Shown here piece after piece: positions 23,851-32,412 of a DNA stretch of 64,000 nt (within the stretch, counting starts at the first letter, position 1; each line of letters starts with the position of its first letter). The position numbers were made by a program, and so were the translations under genes. The stretch is taken from the NCBI GenBank assembly GCA_041690395.1, contig JAWLHJ010000003.1:224001-288000 (forward strand). Direction: 5' to 3'. Source of the DNA: Longimicrobiales bacterium (lineage in GTDB: Bacteria > Gemmatimonadota > Gemmatimonadetes > Longimicrobiales > Gaopeijiaceae). The notes below the pieces were generated by a model. It made no database searches. It was not told where the DNA came from and saw nothing but the letters and a program-made list of their open reading frames with translations.

Positions 23851-25132
23851 CGGGACCGGACGGGTTCAGGCTCCGGAAGCCGATTCGGGGCTGGCGGGAT
23901 CCCGGGCGGGACTCGGGGAGGTGCAGGTCCTCGCTCGCGATGGCCATGAGCTCGTCCATCTCGATCTCGCCGTCTTCGGCGGCACGAAGGGCCATGCGGG
24001 TATACGCCCGCTCGAACAGGGACCGGGCGAAACGCGCATTGCCGAACGTCTCGTCCCGGGCCACCTCGCGGAACACCTCGTGCGCCTTCTGGAGGACCGT
24101 CTCCTCGAGACGCAGTCCGGCGCCGTTGGCGAGGCTCTCGAAGATCCGCGTCAGCTCCTCCGGGGCGTAGTCCGGAAAGTGGATGACGGTCTTGAATCGA
24201 CTGCGCAGACCGGGGTTCGAGGCAAGGAAGCGGTCCATCTCCTCCTCGTAGCCGGCCACGATCACGGCCAGCTCGTCGCGATGGTCCTCCATGGCCTTCA
24301 CGAGCGTGGCGATGGCCTCGGCCCCGAAGTCCGTGCCGTGGGTAGGCGCCAGCGCGTAGGCTTCGTCGATGAACAGCACGCCCGGCCGGCTCTCCCGGAT
24401 GACCTCCGCGGTACGCAGCGCGGTCTGGCCCACGTAGCCGGCGACGAGATCGGACCGGTCCACCTCGGTCAGCGTCGCGCCAGGCAGGGCGCCACATGCG
24501 GCATAGAGGCGCGCGATCAGGCGCGCGACCGTCGTCTTGCCGGTACCGGGCGAGCCGGTGAACACGAGGTGCAGGCCCGGATTGACCGGCGGGTATCCCG
24601 CTTCCACGCGCGCCTGGTTCGCACGCACGACGGCGATGACGCTGCGGACCTGCGCCTTGACCGATTCGAGCCCGACCAGCCGGTCCAGCTCGGCGAGCAC
24701 GGCATCGACCGTCTCGGTGTCTGATGCACCGGGCGCGTCGCGCGCTCCGGTCGAGTCGGTCGAGGGCGACGGCTCCGAAGTCGTCGGGTGGTTGGCGATC
24801 GGCGAACCGTCATCGCGCGCCGCGGCAGCTCCGTCGGTGGCCCCGCCGGAGGGTCCATCCTCCCCCGACAGGCGAGCCAGAAGAGCCAACGCGTCGTCCG
24901 GCGAGACGATCGCGTCGAGCAACTCCTGCGACTCGGGCGTGACGGTGGGCGGGCCGACCGCCGTACCGTGGGGTCCGAGCGCATCTCTGGCTCGTTCGAT
25001 GAGCGCGGCCGCCTCGGGGCGTCCGCGGAAGTGCACCGCGACGGCGTAGGCCACATGCCTCGGCGTGACCTCCGCATGCGACCGGCTCTTCGCGGCCGTG
25101 ACCGCGGCGTCCGTCAGGTGTAGACGCAGCAT
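23840..25132 (-). CDS. CbbX/SpoVK/EccA-clade AAA+ ATPase with a ClpN-like N-terminus
   Basis: LVGLESVK, HLVFTGSPGTGKT, DLVAGYVGQTA, VLFIDEAY, SNPGLRSRF and FGNARFAR. Confidence 0.88.
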   Translation of the reverse strand: MLRLHLTDAAVTAAKSRSHAEVTPRHVAYAVAVHFRGRPEAAALIERARDALGPHGTAVGPPTVTPESQELLDAIVSPDDALALLARLSGEDGPSGGATDGAAAARDDGSPIANHPTTSEPSPSTDSTGARDAPGASDTETVDAVLAELDRLVGLESVKAQVRSVIAVVRANQARVEAGYPPVNPGLHLVFTGSPGTGKTTVARLIARLYAACGALPGATLTEVDRSDLVAGYVGQTALRTAEVIRESRPGVLFIDEAYALAPTHGTDFGAEAIATLVKAMEDHRDELAVIVAGYEEEMDRFLASNPGLRSRFKTVIHFPDYAPEELTRIFESLANGAGLRLEETVLQKAHEVFREVARDETFGNARFARSLFERAYTRMALRAAEDGEIEMDELMAIASEDLHLPESRPGSRQPRIGFRSLNPSGPDEP

Positions 25133-25146
25133 GGCCGCTCCGCCGG

Positions 25147-25599
25147 TCAGTCCGCCGAGCGGGTGCCGCCGAATCTCGGCTGCAGCTCGTCGTCCCAGGT
25201 ATCCGCGGTCGAGAGGAGCGCCCACATGGCGGCCTCGAGCTCAGGCTGGTCGAGCACATCTCCGAGGAGCGTGTGTGAGAAGATCAGATCGACCTTACCC
25301 TCCTCGTTCGACGGGTGGACCTCCACGTGTCCGAACCACCGCGATCCACCCTCGCGGGCCACCCACTCGAAGAGCTCCGACGTGGGCGTCACGCCCCAAA
25401 GGATGGGGGCCGTGACGAGCACGACGGTCCGTGGCTCCCCGTCGTCGGAGGCGCCCCAGTCCTTGACCCAGAGGGTCAGGTAGGTGCTGGTGTCGTCGAA
25501 AGACAGACGGAAACGGTCCCCGTCAAGCATCACCTTGAGACCCATCGGGCCAGTCAGGATCCGCTGGACCCTCATCATGGTCTGCTCCACCGTGGCCAT
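25147..25599 (-). CDS. YbjN/CesT-like (type III secretion chaperone fold) protein
   Basis: 150-aa acidic protein with ELFEWV..FG..HTLLGD.LD..EL..AD.WDDEL..RFGG; SD GAGGAG before the ATG. Confidence 0.65.
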   Translation of the reverse strand: MATVEQTMMRVQRILTGPMGLKVMLDGDRFRLSFDDTSTYLTLWVKDWGASDDGEPRTVVLVTAPILWGVTPTSELFEWVAREGGSRWFGHVEVHPSNEEGKVDLIFSHTLLGDVLDQPELEAAMWALLSTADTWDDELQPRFGGTRSAD

Positions 25600-25756
25600 G
25601 AGCTCCTCTTCGGACAAAGGATGGGGCGCCACCCTCCGCTCGGGGGGAGCCAAGCCCGTCAGGAGAGCCAACGTGCGGCGGGACGGTACCGGCCGCAAGA
25701 CGCCCTGTGACGCGCAAAGGGTGGGTGCTGGCGCTCCCCCTTCTTAGGTTCTCGGC

Positions 25757-27331
25757 ATGACCACCAAAGACGCATCCCTGGAAGCGCAGATCCGCGCCGC
25801 CGCCGAGCTGTTGGAGAAGATCGGCAAGGACCGGTCGTTGCTCTCCCACGTAGAGAAGGCCGACCAGCGCCGGCTCATCCACGCCGCGGGCAAGGTGTGG
25901 AGCCCCGACGAGACACGCAGGCGCCAGCTGACCCGCGCCCTGGCGAAGAAGCGGAAGGCCGCGGCCCGGCGCGAAGAGGAAGCCGCGCGGAATCAGACCG
26001 GCATCCGGACGCTCCGGCGCAAGCCGACGTTCACGACGCCGAACGTGCACCCCCCTGCCCTGGCCGGCGAAGTCGGTCCTGCCAGGCACGACGCCCCCGG
26101 GGACGCGGACGCGCCCGAGGCGCCCACCGAGGCCGGCGAACAGCACTGCTACGTGTGCAAGCAGCCGTTCACGGAGCTCCATCACTTCTACGACCAGCTC
26201 TGCCCCCCGTGCGCGGAGCTCAACTACCGGAAGCGGGGCGAGCTGGCGGACCTGTCCGGACGCGTCGCACTGCTCACCGGCGGCCGGGTGAAGATCGGGT
26301 ACCAGGCGGGCATCAAGCTCCTCCGCTCGGGCGCCGACCTCATTGTCACAACCCGCTTTCCCCGCGACGCGGCCAAGCGCTACGCGGAGGAGGAGGACTT
26401 CGAGGAGTGGGGCCACCGACTCCGGATCTACGGGCTCGACCTGCGCCACACGCCGAGCGTCGAAGCGTTCTGTTCGGAGGTCATGCGCACCAAGGACCGG
26501 CTCGACTTCATCATCAACAACGCGTGCCAGACGGTGCGCCGGCCGCCGGACTTCTACCGGCACATGATGGAGCACGAGGCCGCCGCTCTCGAGGAGATGT
26601 CGCCGCGGGTGAGGGCGCTGGTGGGCGACTACGAAGGACTGCGGGGCTACGACCTGCTACCGAGCGCCACGCGAAGCGGGACCGCGCTGGGACGGGGCGC
26701 GGCCGACCGGACCGAGGCCCCCGGCCTCACCCACGCCGCCGAGCTGTCCCAGCTGGCGCTGCTCCCGGAGGAACGCGAGGCCCAGCAGGCGCTCTTCCCC
26801 GTCGGACGGCTCGACCAGGACCTTCAGCAGATCGACCTGCGCGAAAGCAACTCATGGCGCATGCTGATGGCCGACGTGCCCACGGTGGAGCTTCTCGAGG
26901 TCCAGCTCATTAACGCCGTGGCGCCGTTCGTCCTCAACGCGCGGCTGAAGGCGCTCATGCTGCGCACGGAGAACCGCGACAAGCACATCGTGAACGTCTC
27001 GGCCGTGGAGGGCCAGTTCTACCGGAACGCCAAGACGACCCGCCATCCCCATACGAACATGGCCAAGGCCGCGCTCAACATGATGACCCGCACCGCGGCC
27101 ACCGACTACCACAACGACGGGATCCACATGAACGCGGTCGACACCGGATGGGTGACCGACGAAGACCCGGAGCCGATCGCCGCACGGAAGACGCGCGTAC
27201 ACCGCTTCCATCCTCCGCTGGATATCGTGGACGGCGCCGCCCGCATCGTGGACCCGATCATCGACGGGATCAACACGGGCGAGCACGTGTGGGGGCAATT
27301 CCTCAAGGATTACGCGCCAACGGACTGGTGA
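25757..27331 (+). CDS. SDR family oxidoreductase with an N-terminal Zn-finger extension
   Basis: CYVC..CPPC, ALLTGGRVKIG, INNA, VNVS, HTNMAKAALNM and NAVDTGWV. Confidence 0.88.
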   Translation: MTTKDASLEAQIRAAAELLEKIGKDRSLLSHVEKADQRRLIHAAGKVWSPDETRRRQLTRALAKKRKAAARREEEAARNQTGIRTLRRKPTFTTPNVHPPALAGEVGPARHDAPGDADAPEAPTEAGEQHCYVCKQPFTELHHFYDQLCPPCAELNYRKRGELADLSGRVALLTGGRVKIGYQAGIKLLRSGADLIVTTRFPRDAAKRYAEEEDFEEWGHRLRIYGLDLRHTPSVEAFCSEVMRTKDRLDFIINNACQTVRRPPDFYRHMMEHEAAALEEMSPRVRALVGDYEGLRGYDLLPSATRSGTALGRGAADRTEAPGLTHAAELSQLALLPEEREAQQALFPVGRLDQDLQQIDLRESNSWRMLMADVPTVELLEVQLINAVAPFVLNARLKALMLRTENRDKHIVNVSAVEGQFYRNAKTTRHPHTNMAKAALNMMTRTAATDYHNDGIHMNAVDTGWVTDEDPEPIAARKTRVHRFHPPLDIVDGAARIVDPIIDGINTGEHVWGQFLKDYAPTDW

Positions 27332-28905
27332 GGCGCGGGTCCGTCGCTCGGGAGAAGGAGGCGAAACACGCTACCCCTCCCGACCCAGCTATCCAGCTCC
27401 ACCCTGCCCCCGATCATCTCCGCGAAACGCGCGCTGATCGCGAGGCCCAAACCGGTCCCCGAGGGGCCGTTGGTCGAGGACTCCAGCTGGGTGAACTCCT
27501 GGAAGATCCGCTCGCGGTCCTCCCGGGGGATCCCCGGACCCGTATCCCAGACCTCGTAGACCGTGCCCCGTTCATCTCTCAGCAGACGGACGCCCACCCG
27601 TCCTTCCTTTGTGAATTTCAGGGCATTCCCGAGGAAGTTCACGAGCACGTGCAGAACCTTGTCCGGGTCCGTTCGGAACTCCATCGGGCCCGCGGGGAGC
27701 TGGCGACAGAGCTCGACCCGGCTCGACTCCGATTGGTGCTGGACCATGGCGAGCGCTTCCCGGGCGAGCTCGACGGCGTCCGCGCACCGCACGTCGATCT
27801 TGATGCCCCCTCGCCTCGCACGGGTGAACTGAAGGAGCTCCTCCACCATGGAGCTGAGGTGCGATCCGCCGGCGCGAATTCGCCGCACGTAGCGGAGCTG
27901 CCCTTCGTTCAGCGGTCCCTGGACCCCCATCTCGAGCAGCTCTGCGTAGGAGATCACGCTGTTCATTGGCGTCCGGAGCTCGTGGCTCAGGAACCCGAGG
28001 AAATCGCTCTTGGTCTTGCTCGCCTTCTCCGCTTCGGCTCTTGCCTCGCACTCCGACTCGAGAAGGGACACCCGTTCCTGGTCGAGACGGTGGAGCTCCC
28101 GTGTCGTCCATGCGACGGCCAGAAACAGGAGGAACCACATGGAGCTCACGACGAGGGTGAGGCCCGTTGACGGCGAGAGTCGCTCGTTCGCGACGCCGAG
28201 GAACGCAAGCCAACCGATGACGAACGGTCCGGCGACCGCCACGGGAATCAGCGTCCTGAGTGTCACCCCCGCCGCACCTGGAGCCGCGAGGATCCGGAAC
28301 CAGCCGCGGTGCGGGCGAAGCAGGATGGCCCCTGCCGTCAGCGCCAGGAGCGCCAGCGCCTTGTCGACCGGCATCGCCGGGAACGGTTCGAGCCCGAAGC
28401 GGAGGTCCATGCCGAACGCGCGCTGGAAGAGCGTCGCGAGTGCCACGACCGTGAGCACGATGAGCATGCTCTCCGCGACGTGGTGCACCCTGAGTGACCG
28501 CATGTCGAACACCGCGAGCGAACTCCCGAGCAGGAAGATCGCCAGAGCGGCCGCGGGCTCGATGCGCCCTGGATAGGGACGGGCCTCCCCCATCGTCGCC
28601 GCGGGGAAGAGCAACAGGTCGATCCCGAAGTCGACGGGGAAGAGATATTGGACCAAGCAGAGAAGCCCGAGCACGGCGGCCACGGACGCGAGCGACCGGG
28701 CCGTCCACCTGGCGAGTCTCCCGCGTCGACCAACCAAGAGCACCAGGGCCACACCGAGCATCAGGACCGCGATGGCCGCGTTCGGAACCATCGGCGCCAA
28801 CCATGAGCCGGATCTCGGTCGTCCGCCGACGCCGACCCAGGCCAGGAGCGCCAGCGCGGCGATAAGGGCGGCGAACACTCCGGAAGCAAGCGCGATCCGC
28901 TCCAT
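27310..28905 (-). CDS. membrane-bound sensor histidine kinase
   Basis: Multiple TM helices; H box SHELRTP, N box NALKF, DTGPGI and GTGLGL; start uncertain; no adjacent response regulator. Confidence 0.88.
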   Translation of the reverse strand: MERIALASGVFAALIAALALLAWVGVGGRPRSGSWLAPMVPNAAIAVLMLGVALVLLVGRRGRLARWTARSLASVAAVLGLLCLVQYLFPVDFGIDLLLFPAATMGEARPYPGRIEPAAALAIFLLGSSLAVFDMRSLRVHHVAESMLIVLTVVALATLFQRAFGMDLRFGLEPFPAMPVDKALALLALTAGAILLRPHRGWFRILAAPGAAGVTLRTLIPVAVAGPFVIGWLAFLGVANERLSPSTGLTLVVSSMWFLLFLAVAWTTRELHRLDQERVSLLESECEARAEAEKASKTKSDFLGFLSHELRTPMNSVISYAELLEMGVQGPLNEGQLRYVRRIRAGGSHLSSMVEELLQFTRARRGGIKIDVRCADAVELAREALAMVQHQSESSRVELCRQLPAGPMEFRTDPDKVLHVLVNFLGNALKFTKEGRVGVRLLRDERGTVYEVWDTGPGIPREDRERIFQEFTQLESSTNGPSGTGLGLAISARFAEMIGGRVELDSWVGRGSVFRLLLPSDGPAPHQSVGA

Positions 28906-29201
28906 GCGCTTGCGGACGCCTACAGCCGGGCCTGCTGTCCATTCACTGAGGGGCGGGCGTTCGCGAGCGTTGCGACGTTCGTTCGCACGGCTCAATGTCC
29001 CCCGGCCCGGCATCGATCCGGGCCCGAGAGGCTTCTTCCACCGAGCCTTCTCGAACGGCTTTACCGCGACCACGACGCTCTCCCTCCCCCGAGGGACGCT
29101 CACACGGCGCAACGTCTACAGATTACAGCCTGCAGTCTCGACTCGCAAACGCACGTTCAGGACGACGAACCGAGGACCGCCGGTCTCCGCGACGGTCGCG
29201 T

Positions 29202-29612
29202 TCAAGCCGGCACGACCGCGGCGATCATCGCCTCGCACGCTTCGGCGCATGCGCGGCACGATTCGGCGCAGATCCGGCAGTGCTCCATCATCTCCGCGTG
29301 ATCGTCGCATTCCTTTGCGCACGCGTGGCACGCCGACACACAGGCCTCGAGCTGCGCCTGCAGCGTGTCCACGTCCTGCTCGCCCGGACGGGCCACGAGT
29401 CGGCCCGTGGCGGCGCAGATGTCCGCGCAGTCGAGGCTGGTCCGGATGCAGAAGCTGAGCGACGCCGGGTCGAACTCTTCCGAGCACGCGTCCGCGCACG
29501 TGATGCAGACGAGCATGCACTCGGCCGCGGCCGTCACCATGGCGAACGCCTCGTCTCCCGCGCCGCTCGCGGGGGCCGGATGGGTCGCGAACATCTGTCG
29601 GATTCGGTCCAT
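29202..29612 (-). CDS. Cys-rich four-helix bundle copper storage protein (DUF326/Csp3-like)
   Basis: Repeated CxxxC/CxxC motifs: CMLVCITCADAC, CADIC, CVSACHACAKEC, HCRICAESCRACAEAC. Confidence 0.88.
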   Translation of the reverse strand: MDRIRQMFATHPAPASGAGDEAFAMVTAAAECMLVCITCADACSEEFDPASLSFCIRTSLDCADICAATGRLVARPGEQDVDTLQAQLEACVSACHACAKECDDHAEMMEHCRICAESCRACAEACEAMIAAVVPA

Positions 29613-29771
29613 GGATCACCTCGCGGATGGGGTCTCGGGGCTCGGTGTGCGAGAGTGCAAGGGGTGGACCAGGGATGGATGACGGCTGGTGGCGGCCGGT
29701 GGGCGCGGAGATGCGGGGTTTTGGGGCGGTCAGGCACGGGGGTGAGGGGCGGGCCGTTCGTCGCGCCTCGT

Positions 29772-31679
29772 CTACATTGTCGCGTCCGTTGGGGAGGTGT
29801 CTGCGGGCGGGATGAAGTCCCCCGTCGCTTCCTTCAAGTACGCGCGCAACTCCGGCTCCACGGCGTAGACGTAGCACCCCTTCAACCCGCGCGTCATCAG
29901 CGTTCGATAGGTATTGAGGATGATCATGCGGGCCTCGGCGCGGGCCCGCTCGGGATCGGCCTTCAATCTCTTCTTGAACCCCCGGATTGACCGGTCGTGT
30001 TTCGACCTGGCTTCGGGTCGGGTGACGGGCTTCCCGTCCTCCACGACGAGATCGCCGCCAATGATCACGCCGACGTAATCGAGCTCGAGCCCCTGACACG
30101 TGTGGATGCAGCCGATCTCGCTGATGGAGTCGGGATGCGACAGCCACCCGCTCCCGTGCTCGGTCAGGTTCCATCGCATCCGGAAATCGTGCTCGGGGAT
30201 CTCGACGTCCCAAGCCGCTGGGTTCTTCTTGCTCGACCAGTCCCAGCAGTACCCCGCGACCAGCCGCGACCGGTTGGCCTCCTCGTTCCTGGCCTCGATC
30301 AGTTCTCTGACCTCGTTCGGGGAGTCGCACACTCGGAAATCGTAGTCGTAGTCCAGGGTCGAGAGATCGACGTGAGGGGTTTCCCGGACGCCGAGCACAT
30401 GGTCCAGCCAGGACAGGTACCCGTCCGAGCCGTTGCAGCGGAACTGCGACTGGAGCCACATCTCGTCGACGCCGGCACCCGCCTCCTCGGCCCAGAAGAC
30501 GATCTCGTCGCGCGTGCCGATATCCTGCAGCGTGACCCGCTGGTCCTCGTCGAGGAAGAACACGGTCACGTCCGCAGCGTGGATGAGTTCCTTCACCTGG
30601 TTGTCGCCCAGGTTCTGATAAAGCCCGGATTTCTCGTTCAGCCGATGCGCTTCATCGACCACGAGCGCCCGGAAGGTCCCCTGCTCCGCCGTCGTGAAAG
30701 CGCCCGAGCCCCGGAACAGGTTGGAGTACTTCGTGCGGGACATCGTGCCCGTCAGCTTGCCCTCGTAGACGGCACGCGGCGCCGCGTTCTTGGTCACGTA
30801 CTGGACCAGCTCCCGGTCCTTGGTCAGCGCCACCAGCAGGTTGAGCGCCACGACGGACTTCCCGGTGCCGGGGCCACCGTGCACGATCAGTACGCGCTTC
30901 TCGCCCGCGGGAGTGCTCCGCACGAGATGCAGGGCCCGCTCGAAGACCAGCTTCTGATCGTCGATCATCGTGAACTCGCGGTTCCCTTTCATGAGGCCCG
31001 CGAGGCTGTCGGCCAGCGATTTGGACGGTCGGAGCCTACCTCCGTCGATACGGACCAGGATCTCGTTGCGATCCCCGTAGCGGATCCATCGCTTGATGAA
31101 CTCCCGGAGTCGGTCGACCTGGCCCTTCAAGAACAGAGGCGCCTCCGAGACCCAAGGCCGGTAGAAGTCGCTGTCCAGCACCGAGCCGTCGTGACAGTTG
31201 TGCAAATACGCGCACGGGTGGAGCCGGATGTCGCCCTCGTAGACCGCCTCATTGAAACCGCGGAGAAGCTCCGCGTAGGACCACGCCTGGTAGGACGGAT
31301 GCGCGGTGTCCCGGACGCCGCCACCCAGGAAGGTCCGCACCACCCCGTCCATCGGGGTCGGCTCGGCCGTCTCCCACTGCTTCAGCTCGACGATCACCGC
31401 CTCGTCGTGAGGGCCGTCGTTCCGTCCCGAAAGCAGCATGTCGATGCGCTTTGCCGTCTGCGGGATCTGAAACTCGATGCCCACGCCCGCGTCGTCCGGG
31501 ATGTCCGGATCATCGAGGGCGATGTGCATATGGGTCAACGACTGGTGCCAGGCGCGACGCTCGGCCTCGCCAACCCCTGTCCCCAACACCCTCTGCACCT
31601 CCGCCAACACGATCCCGTCGATGTCTCCCGTCGCCACATCCCTGCGGAAACCGGATACGTTGCGGTGGTAGACGATCAT
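29772..31679 (-). CDS. DUF2075-like protein: PD-(D/E)xK nuclease fused to an SF1-type helicase/ATPase
   Basis: N-terminal IEF..RIDMLL..IVELKQW; GGPGTGKS; VVDEAHR; GCIHTCQGLELDYVGV; NTYRTLMTRG. Confidence 0.85.
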   Translation of the reverse strand: MIVYHRNVSGFRRDVATGDIDGIVLAEVQRVLGTGVGEAERRAWHQSLTHMHIALDDPDIPDDAGVGIEFQIPQTAKRIDMLLSGRNDGPHDEAVIVELKQWETAEPTPMDGVVRTFLGGGVRDTAHPSYQAWSYAELLRGFNEAVYEGDIRLHPCAYLHNCHDGSVLDSDFYRPWVSEAPLFLKGQVDRLREFIKRWIRYGDRNEILVRIDGGRLRPSKSLADSLAGLMKGNREFTMIDDQKLVFERALHLVRSTPAGEKRVLIVHGGPGTGKSVVALNLLVALTKDRELVQYVTKNAAPRAVYEGKLTGTMSRTKYSNLFRGSGAFTTAEQGTFRALVVDEAHRLNEKSGLYQNLGDNQVKELIHAADVTVFFLDEDQRVTLQDIGTRDEIVFWAEEAGAGVDEMWLQSQFRCNGSDGYLSWLDHVLGVRETPHVDLSTLDYDYDFRVCDSPNEVRELIEARNEEANRSRLVAGYCWDWSSKKNPAAWDVEIPEHDFRMRWNLTEHGSGWLSHPDSISEIGCIHTCQGLELDYVGVIIGGDLVVEDGKPVTRPEARSKHDRSIRGFKKRLKADPERARAEARMIILNTYRTLMTRGLKGCYVYAVEPELRAYLKEATGDFIPPADTSPTDATM

Positions 31680-31789
31680 CGCTGTCCTCGTTGCGAGCGG
31701 GCCCGACTGCCCGGCTCGGCGTCGCGGCGGCCGCAATGTATCATCCGGTGGGACCCATCGCAGCGTACACCCCAACACCCCCGAGAGCC

Positions 31790-32149
31790 ATGGAACTCCA
31801 AGCACTGATGGACGAGATCATCGCCTTCAGGGACGAGCGCGACTGGGCGCAGTTCCACACGCCCAAGAACCTTGCGACGGCCCTCGCCATCGAGGCCGCT
31901 GAGTTGCAGGAGTTGATGCTCTGGAAGACGGACGCCGAAGTGGAGGAGCTGGTCACGTCCAAGGCGCACCACGGCCGACTCAGCGATGAGGTCGCCGATG
32001 TCATGATCTACGCGCTGACGTTCTGCCAGGCTTCAGGCATCGATCCCGCGGCGGCGGTGCGGTTCAAGCTGAAGAGGAACGCGGAGAAGTATCCGGTCGA
32101 GCTGGCCAAGGGGAAGGCGGACAAGTACGACCAGCTGGGCGGGGCGTAG
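31790..32149 (+). CDS. MazG-like nucleotide pyrophosphohydrolase
   Basis: FRDERDWAQFHTPKNL..EAAEL, DEVADV and KLKRNAEKYP. Confidence 0.92.
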   Translation: MELQALMDEIIAFRDERDWAQFHTPKNLATALAIEAAELQELMLWKTDAEVEELVTSKAHHGRLSDEVADVMIYALTFCQASGIDPAAAVRFKLKRNAEKYPVELAKGKADKYDQLGGA

Positions 32150-32203
32150 GCCCGCCGAATCCGGCCGAAACACCAATATTGGCCGCATACGCGGCATTCC
32201 TAA

Positions 32204-32277
32204 TCGGGGCGCCCGGATTCGAACCGGGGACCCCCTGCTCCCAAAGCAGGTGCGCTACCGGACTGCGCCACGCCCCG
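32204..32277 (-). tRNA. tRNA-Pro(TGG)
   Basis: Acceptor CGGGGCG/CGCCCCG, anticodon arm CCTGC-TTTGGGA-GCAGG, T loop GGTTCGAATCC. Confidence 0.95.
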
Positions 32278-32412
32278 AAACAACTGCCCGACCATCAGTT
32301 ACGTGGCACGACAGGAAGTGCGCCTCGCAAGACTGTGCCAAAGATGGCGCAGAAACCCCTTCGGGCAAGGCCGCTTTCACGAGGTTTGAGCTCCATGGCG
32401 TGCCGCCCTTCA

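Noticed and set aside
29613..32412. Integrated element at tRNA-Pro
   Set aside because: I found no duplicate of either tRNA end and no integrase by eye; the TGTGCCA-like motifs near 32334 are too weak to call att arms.
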